From: an uncultured Acidobacteriota bacterium
Lineage (GTDB): Bacteria; Acidobacteriota; Thermoanaerobaculia; Multivoradales; UBA5704
Assembly: GCA_963770895.1 (NCBI GenBank)
Contig: CAVYRF010000002.1
Location: 2,144,001 to 2,208,000, forward strand
Reading direction: 5' to 3'
DNA: 64,000 nt
A program made the position numbers and the translations under genes. The notes under the pieces are model-generated. The model saw only the letters and a program-made list of their open reading frames with translations, had not been told where the DNA came from and made no database searches. This document shows, one piece after another, positions 1 through 9,423 of this stretch (positions are counted from its first letter, which is position 1; the number at the start of each line of letters is the position of its first letter).

Positions 1-339
1 CGGTTCCTGCTCCTGCTGGTCTGGGCGTTGGTGCAGCAGTTCATCCTGCAGACCACGGTCCTGCGGGAGGTGCGCAGCGCCTGGGGAGAGCGCACGGCGC
101 CGGTGGTGGCGGCGGCGCTCTTCGCCCTGCTTCACCTTCCCAATCCCTTCCTCACCCTGGTCACCTTTGTCGCCGGCCTGGGCTGGTGCCGCCTCTACGA
201 GCGCCACCCCAACCTCATCCCTATCGCGCTCTCGCACGCCTGCGCCAGCCTGGCTGTCGCCCTCGCTCTCAGCCCGGCGATCACCGGCGGCATGCGCGTC
301 GGCTACGGCTACTTCCTCCACCACGGCGTCTGGCTCTGA
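1..339 (+). CDS. CPBP/Abi (CAAX protease-like) intramembrane protein, 5' truncated by window edge
   Basis: Hydrophobic ORF open from the window edge, with QQF..., AALFALLHLPN and ALSHA motifs of the CPBP family; stop TGA at 337-339. Confidence 0.75.
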   Translation, partial: RFLLLLVWALVQQFILQTTVLREVRSAWGERTAPVVAAALFALLHLPNPFLTLVTFVAGLGWCRLYERHPNLIPIALSHACASLAVALALSPAITGGMRVGYGYFLHHGVWL

Positions 340-366
340 GTCGGCGTGGAAGACGGGCGAAGGCGA

Positions 367-386
367 ATTGATATCATGATATCAAT
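367..386. promoter_or_regulatory. Perfect 20-bp palindrome, probable FitA (RHH) autoregulatory operator
   Basis: ATTGATATCATGATATCAAT is its own reverse complement (two TGATATCA half sites) and ends 5 bp before the antitoxin ATG. Confidence 0.7.
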
Positions 387-391
387 CGGCC

Positions 392-640
392 ATGAGCCAG
401 ATGGTGGTGCGCCGACTCGATGAGGACGTGAAGCTCAAGCTTCAGAAGCGCGCGCGCCTCAACGGCCGCAGCACCGAAGAAGAGGTGCGTGAGATCCTCC
501 GTGCTGCGGTGAGGGATGAAAGTGGCATGGACGTGCCGCTCGGCTCCCGGGTTGCCGCCCGCTTCGCACGCCTGGGGCTCAGGGAAGTGATTCCCGAGCT
601 ACGCGGCCAACCCGCGCAACCCGTTGTCTTCGAGCCGTGA
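392..640 (+). CDS. fitA: FitA-like ribbon-helix-helix antitoxin
   Basis: MSQMVVRRLDEDVKLKLQKRARLNGRSTEEEVREIL matches the FitA/Arc RHH pattern; overlaps the downstream PIN gene by 4 bp (GTGA). Confidence 0.85.
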   Translation: MSQMVVRRLDEDVKLKLQKRARLNGRSTEEEVREILRAAVRDESGMDVPLGSRVAARFARLGLREVIPELRGQPAQPVVFEP

Positions 641-1056
641 TCATCCTGGACACCAACGTGATCTCGGTGCTGATGCAGAGCGCACCGGATCCGGTCGTCG
701 TCAGGTGGATCGATGCGCGACCTCCGGCGTCCCTATGGACGACGGCCATCACGGTCTTTGAGGTCCGCCTGGGACTGGAGGTTCTGGCGTCGGGGCGCCG
801 GCGACGACTGCTGGAGGATGCCTTCGCCGCGACCCTCGAAGAGGACTTCGGAGGGCGAGTGCTCCCCTTCGACCAAGCTGCAGCGCATGCGGCTGGCCGC
901 ATCGCCGCAGAACGACGACGCCCCGGCCGCACGGTGGAAATCCGTGACGTCCAGATCGCCGGTATCGCCAGTGCGCGAAGCTCTGCCGTCGCCACTCGCA
1001 ATGTGCGCCACTTCGAAGGCCTAGGCTTGGAAATCCTGGATCCCTGGTCAGCGTAA
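637..1056 (+). CDS. vapC: PIN-domain toxin (VapC/FitB)
   Basis: IILDTNVIS, E, DVQIAGIA and ATRNVRHF PIN motifs; translationally coupled to the antitoxin. Confidence 0.92.
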   Translation: MIILDTNVISVLMQSAPDPVVVRWIDARPPASLWTTAITVFEVRLGLEVLASGRRRRLLEDAFAATLEEDFGGRVLPFDQAAAHAAGRIAAERRRPGRTVEIRDVQIAGIASARSSAVATRNVRHFEGLGLEILDPWSA

Positions 1057-1077
1057 TCGCGGCTCCGAGCGCGGCCG

Positions 1078-1103
1078 GCGGCGCCCGCGAGGGCGGGCGC
1101 CGC
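1078..1103. terminator. GC hairpin between convergent genes
   Basis: GCGGCGCCCGC-GAGG-GCGGGCGCCGC, perfect 11-bp stem; no clear U tract. Confidence 0.5.
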
Positions 1104-1123
1104 GCAAGGCCGGCTGGCTTTGA

Positions 1124-1753
1124 TCAGTGGCCCGGCGTGGGTGAGCCGGCTGGGCAGGCGGCGGCCGGTGGCGGTACGTCGACGCCCTGCTTCTTGAGGT
1201 GCTCGTAGAAGTAGCCGGCGGCGAACTTGTCGTTGGCCGGGGTGGCCGCGGACCAGACCTGGGAGCAGGCGGCCTGGTCGCACTTGCCGCCCAGGGTGCT
1301 CGCGGCGCCGGTGCAGACCGGGCAGGTGCAGGTCGCCCTGTCCCCCTTGGGTCCGTCGACCTTGCATGGCGCGCCGTAGCACCAGGCCCACTTGGTGGAA
1401 TCGCTGGCGCAGGTGAGCGTGCTGTCCTTGACGTCGAAGGCGTTCGAATACGTCGACATGATCGCCATGCCGGGCTTGGGCGGCGTCGTCTGGCTGCGGC
1501 CCTTCACCGTGCACGCCGCCGGCCCCATGGACCAGCCGTTCTCCACGTTGCAGGCGCATTCGACCCGCGTCGGGTCCGACGTCGGACGGCAGAGCGCCTT
1601 GATGCAGAGCGCGTAGTACCCCTGGCAGAATTGAGCGTCACTGGCTCCCATGCTCGCGTTGCACTGCGGCCGGTCCACCGGCCTGTCCGCCGCCAGCGCC
1701 GGTGCGGCCACCAGGCATCCGATCAGCAACGCCAACATACTTCCCTGTCGCAT
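1124..1753 (-). CDS. Secreted cysteine-rich protein (16 Cys in mature part)
   Basis: GGGGAGG RBS, signal peptide MRQGSMLALLIGCLVAAPALA, internal repeat YALCIKALC..ECAC / WAWCYGAPC..TCTC; alternative start at 1759. Confidence 0.75.
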   Translation of the reverse strand: MRQGSMLALLIGCLVAAPALAADRPVDRPQCNASMGASDAQFCQGYYALCIKALCRPTSDPTRVECACNVENGWSMGPAACTVKGRSQTTPPKPGMAIMSTYSNAFDVKDSTLTCASDSTKWAWCYGAPCKVDGPKGDRATCTCPVCTGAASTLGGKCDQAACSQVWSAATPANDKFAAGYFYEHLKKQGVDVPPPAAACPAGSPTPGH

Positions 1754-1949
1754 CGTCATCCTCCCCTCTGGAGAGCGAGGCGGTCGGTACCGCGCGGGGA
1801 TCGCGCGCCCCGGCCCCACTTCGCCTCCGATACAGGTTTTTGTGACGCTAGCATGGATGACACCGCCCGCGCCCGTCCTGCGTCGTGCGTTGCCTTCGTG
1901 CCGGGAGGCGATAGGATTGTCAAGTCGTACCCCACAAGCGGAGAGTCGC

Positions 1950-3650
1950 GTGGTCCCTGAGCAGTCCCTGTACCGCCTGTACGTCGTCCCCGCGGCCGGC
2001 GCTCCGTTCGAGCGGGCGCTCGACGGCGAATCGCTGGTCGTCGGGCGCGCCGCCTCCGCCGACCTGGTGATCGAGGACCTGTTCCTCTCGCGCCACCACT
2101 CGCGCTTCTTCCGCCGCGGCGACCGGCTGTTCGTCGAGGACCTGGGCTCGCGCAACGGTACCCTGGTCAACGGCCGCGCCATCGCCGAGCCTACCGAGGT
2201 GCGGCCCGGCGACGCGGTGCAGATCTCCGGCAGCGTCCTCACCGTGGCGCGTCCGCTGCCTGCCTCCGGCGCCGCCGGAGGCTTCGCGGGAAGCGACCTC
2301 GGCGGCGACTTTCCCGAGGGCGACGGCACGGTGATGATGGGACGCGACGCGGCGGCGATCTTCCGCCCGGCGGCCCAGCTCCTCGACAGCGCCCCGACGG
2401 CGGTGCACTACGCCGAGCAGCTCAAGATCCTCAACGAGGTCCATCACGCCCTGAGCCGGCCCATCCATCAGCGGGCGCTGCTCGACCTGATCCTGGACCG
2501 GGTGTTCGATCACCTGCGCCCGGAACAGGGGGTGATCTACCTGAAGGGCGCCGACGGCGGCCTCCACCCGCAGGCCAGCCGCTCGGTCGACGACGCCCAG
2601 GACCAGCTGCTGGCCTCGCGCAGCCTGGCGCGCGAGGTCGCCGGCCGCGGCCTGGCGGCGCTGGTGCTCGACGCCCAGACCGACGCCCGCTTCGCCGGCG
2701 CCCAGAGCATCACCCTCTCCGGCGTGCGCAGCCTGCTCGCCGCGCCGCTGCTCGAAAGCGGCGCCGGCGGCACCCTCGGCATGATCGTCCTGGGCTCCAA
2801 GATCACCGTGCGCCAGTTCACCGAGGCCGACATGGAGCTGCTCGTTTCGCTCGCCTCGGTCGCCGCCCTCTACCTGCGCAACCTCGCCTTGGCCGAGGAG
2901 GCCGCCGAGCGCCGCCGTCTGGCCGACGAGCTCGAGCTGGCGCGCCAGATCCAGCTGGCCCTGCTGCCGACGCAGCTCCCCACCCTGCCCGGCTACGACC
3001 TGCACGCCGGCAATCAGCCCTCGCGCGGCGTCTCGGGCGACTTCTACGCCGTCACGCCGCGCCGCGACGGCGCCGAGTGCGTCGTCGTCATCGCCGACGT
3101 CTCGGGCAAGGGCATGGCCGCCTCCCTGCTCACCGCCAGCCTGGAAGCGTTCGCCGCCGGCCCCATCGAGGACGGCCTGGGGGCCGAGGAGATCTGCGCC
3201 CGCCTTTCGCGGCTGCTCTTCCGCCGCACGCCGCCCGCCAAATACGCCACCGCCTTTGTCGGCGTCCTGGACCTGGCGACCGGTGCCTGCCGCTACGCCA
3301 ACGCCGGCCACAACCCGCCGCTGCTGGTCCGCGCCGGCGGCGACGTCGAGCCCCTGGCCGCCACCGGCGTCCCCATCGCTCTGCTCGCCACGGCCGACTA
3401 CACCGCCGCCACCGTCACCCTCGCCCCCGGCGACACGCTCGTCCTCTACACCGACGGCATCGTCGAGGCCACCGACCCCGACGACCAGGAGTACGGCGAC
3501 CAGCGTCTCACCGACCTGGTCCGCCGCCACCGCGCCGACGCCTGCCCCGCCCTCGCCGACGCTCTGGAAGCCGACCTGGAAGCCTTCGTCCGCGGCACCC
3601 CTTTCGCCGACGACCGCACCCTCATCTTGCTACGCCGCTTCCCTGGCTGA
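1950..3650 (+). CDS. FHA-GAF-SpoIIE (PP2C, RsbU-like) serine phosphatase
   Basis: FHA motifs (VGR, LSRHH, DLGSRNGTLVNG), GAF (VRSLLAAPL), PP2C motifs SGDFY, ADVSGKG, NAGHNPP, LYTDG, DDRT; GTG start with GGAG RBS. Confidence 0.9.
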   Translation: MVPEQSLYRLYVVPAAGAPFERALDGESLVVGRAASADLVIEDLFLSRHHSRFFRRGDRLFVEDLGSRNGTLVNGRAIAEPTEVRPGDAVQISGSVLTVARPLPASGAAGGFAGSDLGGDFPEGDGTVMMGRDAAAIFRPAAQLLDSAPTAVHYAEQLKILNEVHHALSRPIHQRALLDLILDRVFDHLRPEQGVIYLKGADGGLHPQASRSVDDAQDQLLASRSLAREVAGRGLAALVLDAQTDARFAGAQSITLSGVRSLLAAPLLESGAGGTLGMIVLGSKITVRQFTEADMELLVSLASVAALYLRNLALAEEAAERRRLADELELARQIQLALLPTQLPTLPGYDLHAGNQPSRGVSGDFYAVTPRRDGAECVVVIADVSGKGMAASLLTASLEAFAAGPIEDGLGAEEICARLSRLLFRRTPPAKYATAFVGVLDLATGACRYANAGHNPPLLVRAGGDVEPLAATGVPIALLATADYTAATVTLAPGDTLVLYTDGIVEATDPDDQEYGDQRLTDLVRRHRADACPALADALEADLEAFVRGTPFADDRTLILLRRFPG

Positions 3651-3667
3651 GTGCCACCGGCGCCGCT

Positions 3668-4516
3668 TCATCGAGCCTCCTCTCCCGGCCAGCCGAAGCT
3701 GTAGCGCAGCACGTCGGCGACCGCGCGATAGCCGATCCGACGGTAGACCGAGTTCGACGTCGGGTTGATCAGCTCGGTGTAGAGGATGCAGCGAACACCC
3801 TGCGCTCTGAGGGCCTGCGACAGGTGCCCGACGCAGGCGCCCGCATAGCCCTGGCCGCGTGCGCCAGGCGGCGTGTAGACGAACTGAATGCGCACCGTCC
3901 CGGCGACCGGCGTGGAATGGGTGGCCATCGAAACCGGGGTGCCGTCGACGTCCCACATCCAGAAGCGGCCGTCCGAAAGCCTGCGATCGACCACCACTGC
4001 CGGCGCATCGCCCAACTCGTCGACCTCGAGGGCGAAGGCCTGGGTCCAGGCAACCAACCGGTCGCGGTCGTCCAGGCCTGCCCGCCGCAGGCATCCGGCC
4101 ACGCCGTCGCGCAGACGCACCGTGGGGCAGTGATAGAGGCGCAGGCCGCTCACCGGCCGCGCCGGCACCTTGCGGCGCTCCGCCCACTGGCCGGCGAAGC
4201 GGGCCGACGTCGCCGCATCGGCATTGACTCCGGGCACGGCGATCTTCGCCTCAGCGACTGCGTCGGCCAGCGCCTCCACCGATTCGTCATCCATCGGGGT
4301 GAGCAGCAGCGGAAAGTCGAGCGGCGACTGAAAGGCCACGCCGGTCACCATGGCGCCGTTGCGCACCACCCAATAGCGCCCCGGCTCGCTGCCTGCCGCG
4401 CGCTCCTGCAGCAGGCTCAGCACCAGGTTGTGCAGCACCGGCTCGGAGGTCAGGTAGCCGTCCGCCGCGGCCAGCACCTGACCGGCGTCCGCGCTCATCG
4501 TCACATTCAAGCTCAT
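3668..4516 (-). CDS. GNAT family acetyltransferase
   Basis: VYTPPGARGQGYAG acetyl-CoA motif and LYTELINPTSNSVYRRIGY. Confidence 0.88.
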   Translation of the reverse strand: MSLNVTMSADAGQVLAAADGYLTSEPVLHNLVLSLLQERAAGSEPGRYWVVRNGAMVTGVAFQSPLDFPLLLTPMDDESVEALADAVAEAKIAVPGVNADAATSARFAGQWAERRKVPARPVSGLRLYHCPTVRLRDGVAGCLRRAGLDDRDRLVAWTQAFALEVDELGDAPAVVVDRRLSDGRFWMWDVDGTPVSMATHSTPVAGTVRIQFVYTPPGARGQGYAGACVGHLSQALRAQGVRCILYTELINPTSNSVYRRIGYRAVADVLRYSFGWPGEEAR

Positions 4517-4907
4517 CCCCTGATTCTAACGGCGGTCAGGCACCGGCCCAACTGCAGATCGAGCTCCAGCTCTTTGGTACGGCGTTCACGGGGACTGCCA
4601 ACCTGACGAGCGATTTCCTGCCCGCGGAAACGGTGGCGAGTGTCGCCTCGGAGAACCTGTCGGACGGCGGTGACGTTGCTCTTCGGGCAGACCTCCGTTG
4701 CCAGTGTGCATCTGTTTCTTCATGCCAGTGGTTACTTCGAATGTAGCGATGCAAAACGATTTTCTCGGCAAATCCGCGCCGTCGCGGCCTCGCCGATCTG
4801 CTCGGTGCGCCCGGCGCTCAGGAAGCGCATCGCACGAATGCCATAGGTCGATAAGCTTGTGACCTTCGTGGTGAACCTCTATGGTGGATGCAAAAGGAGG
4901 ATCACGC

Positions 4908-5747
4908 GTGCGAAAAATTATTGTTTTCCTGTCCGGAGTGTGTCTGTGTGCAGCGATTGCCGCCGATCGCGCGGCGGCATCTCCAGCCGAAGCCATCCGC
5001 CAGGCGGTGGCCGCAGCGCATCTCAAGCGCGACGGCGCCAAGCCGGAGGCTTGCAGCTTTCTGTCGATCGGCTGCAATCAAACAGTCAACGCGGCGCTTG
5101 GCTCGTCCGGCTGCGCTCTCAGCGACGGCCAGCTGTCGGACCTCTATGCCTTCAATGGCATCACCGGCACCACGGTGACCGCCACGCTCACCAGCGCCGA
5201 TTTCCCACCTTTCCTTGATCTGCTCGATCCGTCGGACAACAGCGCGGGCGACGATGGCGAACCCGTCGTGGCAACGGTGAGCGGAACCCTCTACGCCACT
5301 GGCCAGTGGGTGCTCGGCGTGACCAACTTCAACGAGTTTCTGCAGACGGGCAACTACACCCTGTCGTTGCAGTGCTCGAGCGGCGGAGGCGCCGGCGCCT
5401 GCTCGGCGGACGGCAACACCCTCTGCCTCAACTCCAACCGCTTCAAGGTGACCGCCACCTACAACGCCGGCGCGAGCGGCTCGGGCCAGGCGCATGCCGT
5501 GTCGATGACCGATGACACCGGCTACCTCTGGTTCTTCGCGTCGAACAACGTCGAAACCGTGATCAAGCTCATCGACGGCTGCGGCACCGGCGGCCACTAC
5601 TGGGTCTTCGCCGGCGGGCTCACCAACGTCAATGTCGTGATCACCGTCACCGACACCCAGACAGGCGCCATGAGGACTTACTCCAACCCTCAAGGCACGG
5701 TATTTCAGCCTATCCAGGACACCGCCGCCTTCGCCAGCTGTCCCTGA
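4908..5747 (+). CDS. Secreted protein: PPC-like beta domain plus a C-terminal domain of the type common in Thermoanaerobaculia
   Basis: AAGGAGG RBS, GTG start, signal peptide; DLYAFNG..TVTATLTSADF..LDL (PPC-like); LCLNSNRFKV..DTGYLWFF..NNVE..K.IDGC..YWVFAGGLTNV..TDTQTG. Confidence 0.75.
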   Translation: MRKIIVFLSGVCLCAAIAADRAAASPAEAIRQAVAAAHLKRDGAKPEACSFLSIGCNQTVNAALGSSGCALSDGQLSDLYAFNGITGTTVTATLTSADFPPFLDLLDPSDNSAGDDGEPVVATVSGTLYATGQWVLGVTNFNEFLQTGNYTLSLQCSSGGGAGACSADGNTLCLNSNRFKVTATYNAGASGSGQAHAVSMTDDTGYLWFFASNNVETVIKLIDGCGTGGHYWVFAGGLTNVNVVITVTDTQTGAMRTYSNPQGTVFQPIQDTAAFASCP

Positions 5748-5778
5748 AGCGGCAGCCGCAGCAGCGGCAGAGTCCGCG

Positions 5779-5813
5779 CCCGGCCGGCCCGCGTTCGCCG
5801 CGGACCGGCCGGG
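5779..5813 (+). terminator. Hairpin downstream of the secreted protein gene
   Basis: CCCGGCCGGCCCGCG-TTCGC-CGCGGACCGGCCGGG, 15-bp stem with one mismatch. Confidence 0.45.
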
Positions 5814-5982
5814 GCAGCCTCCGGCGTGCTAACTCTCAAGATCTATATAATCTAGACAGCAATTGCTATAAGATAGACTTGTGGCTTAGGCGCAAGCTTT
5901 GGATGATGGCCGAGGTTTCTCCTAAAGGCAGCCGAAGCAACAAGGAAACGCAAGCGCCGTCACCTTCCTTGAAGGAGGGAAC

Positions 5983-7482
5983 ATGACGACAAAGGGATAT
6001 GGGGTGATTGTCATTGGCGCCGGCTCGGCCGGCAGTGTGCTGGTGGGAGAGTTGGCGGCGGCCAGGGCCAGCGTCCTGTTGTTGGAGGCCGGCGGCCCGA
6101 TCGAGGCGTACCCGCAGATCTGGGACCCCAATCAGATCAACTGCCTCTACGACATCTCGGCGATTCACTGGGGATACAAGACCACTCCCCAGGTCAACCT
6201 GGACCAGCGTGTGCTCGACGAGTGGCGGGCCAAGGTGATGGGCGGCTGCAGCTCCCACAACGACATGGTCTATACGCGGGGCGCCCGCGGCGACTTCGAC
6301 GCCTGGGCAAACACCTACGGATGCCCAGGCTGGGACTACGATTCCGTGGCGCCTTCCTTCGACGCCGTCGAAAAGCGGCTCAGGCCCAGGACGACGCAGA
6401 TCAACGGCTTTGGCAAAGCGTTCATCGACACCTGCGTCGACCTGGGGATTCCGTTCAACCCCGACTACAACTCCGGCGGCAGCATGCGCGGAGTGAGCCT
6501 GCTCCAATCGACGATCGAATACAAAGAGGGCTATCAAGCCCCGCGCCGGGTGACCAGCTTCGATCGCTACGTCAAGCCGGTGATGGACGCGCCGAACGTC
6601 ACGGTCGTCGGCGGGGCGCTGGTGACCCGAGTGATCATCGACGCGAAAGGCCGCGCGACCGGCGTCGAGTACGTGGTCGATGGGCGCTCCGAGATTGCCT
6701 CGGCCGGCGAGGTCGTGCTGTGCGCTGGGGCGATCAACAGCCCCAAGATCCTGATGCTGTCCGGCGTCGGCGATCCCAAGGAGCTGGCTCGGACAGGGAT
6801 CCCCGTCGTTGCCGAGATCCCGGCCGTCGGGACCAACATGCAGAACGCGATCATCTTCCTGGCCAACTGGAAGTCCGCTCAGCCGATCAAGGGCCAGCCG
6901 GTCAACGAGGGATGCGCGATCGTGTGGGACAACATGATCGACGACGATCAGCCCATGACCTGCCTCGAAATGATGTGCGGCCAATATACCTGCGATCAGT
7001 CGCCCGCCGAGCTCGAAGGTTTCTATAGCGTCAGCGGCGGCGCCATGCGCCTTCTCAGCAAGGGTTCTGTCACCTTGGCTTCGAACGACCCTGCCGTGGC
7101 GCCGATCATCGATCCCCGTCTCCTCTCGGTGCAGGAAGACTACGATCAGTGCCTGGCCGCGTACTCCCTCATGCTCAAGGTCGGCAACGCTCCCGGCCTC
7201 GCGGACTGGCGCGCCGGGCAGGTCAATCCCGCGCCGGGGACCAAGCCCGCCGATTGGTTGCTGAGCAACATCTACAGCTACAGCCATCCGGTGGGGACCT
7301 GCGCCATGGGGTCGGGGCCGGCGGCGGTCGTCGATCCGGCGACCCTCACCGTGCACGGTCTATCTGGTTTGCGGGTCGCCGACGTTTCGATCATGCCCCG
7401 CATCACCTCCGGCCACACCCAGGGGCCGGCGTTCATGATCGGCCACCGGGCCGCCAGGATGATCCTGGGGCACTCGGGATAA
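5983..7482 (+). CDS. GMC family FAD oxidoreductase (choline oxidase/dehydrogenase-like)
   Basis: VIGAGSAG dinucleotide motif, RAKVMGGCSSHN, GAINSPKILMLSGVG, HPVGTCAMG, GLRVADVSIMP; GGAGG RBS. Confidence 0.92.
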   Translation: MTTKGYGVIVIGAGSAGSVLVGELAAARASVLLLEAGGPIEAYPQIWDPNQINCLYDISAIHWGYKTTPQVNLDQRVLDEWRAKVMGGCSSHNDMVYTRGARGDFDAWANTYGCPGWDYDSVAPSFDAVEKRLRPRTTQINGFGKAFIDTCVDLGIPFNPDYNSGGSMRGVSLLQSTIEYKEGYQAPRRVTSFDRYVKPVMDAPNVTVVGGALVTRVIIDAKGRATGVEYVVDGRSEIASAGEVVLCAGAINSPKILMLSGVGDPKELARTGIPVVAEIPAVGTNMQNAIIFLANWKSAQPIKGQPVNEGCAIVWDNMIDDDQPMTCLEMMCGQYTCDQSPAELEGFYSVSGGAMRLLSKGSVTLASNDPAVAPIIDPRLLSVQEDYDQCLAAYSLMLKVGNAPGLADWRAGQVNPAPGTKPADWLLSNIYSYSHPVGTCAMGSGPAAVVDPATLTVHGLSGLRVADVSIMPRITSGHTQGPAFMIGHRAARMILGHSG

Positions 7483-7499
7483 GGCGCCGGGTCCTATGT

Positions 7500-9233
7500 T
7501 CACCTGCTGGCTGGAGGGTCGAGCCACTGCCCGGCAGGCAGATTCAAGGTGCAGACGTGGGACAGTCCGTGGGCGGCGGTCCAGCGGTCCACCAGATCGG
7601 GATATTGGGGGGCCTGGGGGTTTTCCAGGTGCCAGCCGGGAGGGGTGAAGCCGCTGTAGCCGTTGACCGTGGGCAGCGTCAGGCGCTCGGCGATCAGCAT
7701 GGCGTCAATCTGCAGCGCGATGGGGCTGGTCGGCCGGAGCGGCGAAGACTGGCGAATCGCAAAGCTCTGGCAGCGCGGGCCCGGGCTGGGAATCGACGCC
7801 AGGCGTGCCAGCTCCTGCTGGCGATGGACGCCATGGGTCCGGGTCAGGTTGACCTCCTCGAAGGCCAGCCAGGCGCTGACCGCGACGATCGCGGCAAGGG
7901 CCAGGCGCCGGCGCGGCTCGCTGCTCCAGGCTGCGCGCGCGGTGATTGTTTCCCAGGCCGTGGAGAGCGCGGCGATCACGACCACCACCATGGCCAGGCT
8001 CAGCTGATATTGAAAGCGGAAGGTCTGACGGATTGCGACGGCGCCGGGCACGATGCGCCAGACCAGGTACCAGAGCGAACCGCTCTGGGTTCGGCAGAGC
8101 AGAGCCCAGGCCGCGAAGATCGACGCCGCGGTCGAGGCCAGCAGCACCGCGCGCAGCTCGCCGCGCCGGCGCGCCAGCCGCTGAGCGCCGGAACAGAGCA
8201 GCACGCAGCTGGCGGCGAAGGCGATGAGCAGGCCGGGCGGCAGGCCGTAATCCCAGCCCACGTTGGCATACCTTGGGTCCAGGCGGCGCATCAGCCAACC
8301 CCAGGCGACGTTGCGAGTGCTGACGTTGAAAAGGTCGCCGAAGGTCATGGCGTTGCGTGTCACCTCGGCGTACGATCGCGCCTGGCCGGCGGCGATGGCC
8401 GGCCCGTAGGTGACGATGAAGGGCGCCAGCGCCAGCGCGGCCGCGGCTCCCAGGTAGAGAATCGATCGCCAGCTGCTGGCGACCAAGGCCAGGTAGCGTG
8501 AGGCCATCCGCCATTGGATCGACACGGCGATGGCTGCCGCGATGGCGGTGAAGAAGAGCAAGAACCAGCCGGTGTAGAAGTCGGAAAAGAGAATCAATGA
8601 AAAGAGGGCGCCGGCCGCGCTCAACCAGGCAGGCGCGCTTGCGGCGCGGCCCGCTCCGGCCTTGGCGCCCTTGACCAGGCACAATAAGAACAGGGGCACC
8701 AGCATGATGGTGTAGGCCTGCGGCAGCACCCGCGAATGCAGCAGGTTGGAAAAAACGCAGAGCAGGGCGCCGAGGATGGCGAAGCCGCGGCCAAAGCCGA
8801 AATTGCGGAGCAGCCCGATCGTCGAGGCATAGCCGACTTGCGTCAGCAGCCAGAGCGTCAGCTCGAACGCGACGTACGGATCGCAGCCAGTGAAGCGGAG
8901 CGCCGAGTACGGCAGCGATTGCAGGAAAAAAGTGGCGGAGTATGCCAGGACGTGCTGGACAGGAAAGAAGAAGGGCGGCGACAGCCAGTCGTCCAGGCCG
9001 CGATAGACGTTGTGCCAGTGTTCCAATAGCGCCAGGGTCAACCGGGCATCGCCGAAGTCGCCGGCGATGAGCTCGCCGCGGGAGACGATGAACTCGCCAA
9101 AACAGAGGCCGCTTGCCACCAGGCTGACAACCACTGCCGCGGCGTAGAAGCCGCCGGTGGACCACTCCCGGCCGCCGCGCTCGCCGCGAAGACACTGGCC
9201 GCCGCGGCCCTGTTCCGACCGACGCTTCGCCAT
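7500..9233 (-). CDS. Polytopic membrane protein, putative GT-C-type glycosyltransferase
   Basis: N-terminal TM then GDFGDARL..EHW..PPFFFP..LAYS, about 10 TM segments, C-terminal PTVNGYSGFTP periplasmic motif. Confidence 0.65.
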   Translation of the reverse strand: MAKRRSEQGRGGQCLRGERGGREWSTGGFYAAAVVVSLVASGLCFGEFIVSRGELIAGDFGDARLTLALLEHWHNVYRGLDDWLSPPFFFPVQHVLAYSATFFLQSLPYSALRFTGCDPYVAFELTLWLLTQVGYASTIGLLRNFGFGRGFAILGALLCVFSNLLHSRVLPQAYTIMLVPLFLLCLVKGAKAGAGRAASAPAWLSAAGALFSLILFSDFYTGWFLLFFTAIAAAIAVSIQWRMASRYLALVASSWRSILYLGAAAALALAPFIVTYGPAIAAGQARSYAEVTRNAMTFGDLFNVSTRNVAWGWLMRRLDPRYANVGWDYGLPPGLLIAFAASCVLLCSGAQRLARRRGELRAVLLASTAASIFAAWALLCRTQSGSLWYLVWRIVPGAVAIRQTFRFQYQLSLAMVVVVIAALSTAWETITARAAWSSEPRRRLALAAIVAVSAWLAFEEVNLTRTHGVHRQQELARLASIPSPGPRCQSFAIRQSSPLRPTSPIALQIDAMLIAERLTLPTVNGYSGFTPPGWHLENPQAPQYPDLVDRWTAAHGLSHVCTLNLPAGQWLDPPASR

Positions 9234-9316
9234 CCAGGGTTCTCCTCAGTCCAGGTCCGCGCGAATCGCCAGGGGAGTATATTCGCGGCCGCTCTGGACG
9301 GCGCGCTTCTGGCGCG

Positions 9317-9345
9317 TTGATGGAGCCGCGAGGCACAGGTATAGA
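9317..9345 (+). promoter_or_regulatory. Sigma70-like promoter upstream of the RiPP precursor
   Basis: TTGATG-N17-TATAGA, about 80 bp upstream of ATG 9424. Confidence 0.45.
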
Positions 9346-9423
9346 GGATGGACTGCCGCTGTGCCGCGCAGATCCGCGCGGCGGCGGGCGCCCTGAAAAC
9401 GGCCTCGACCATGGAGACGTGAG

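Noticed and set aside
1-339. CPBP protease as immunity/processing gene for the RiPP
   Set aside because: It lies 9 kb away, separated by unrelated genes, with no evidence of linkage
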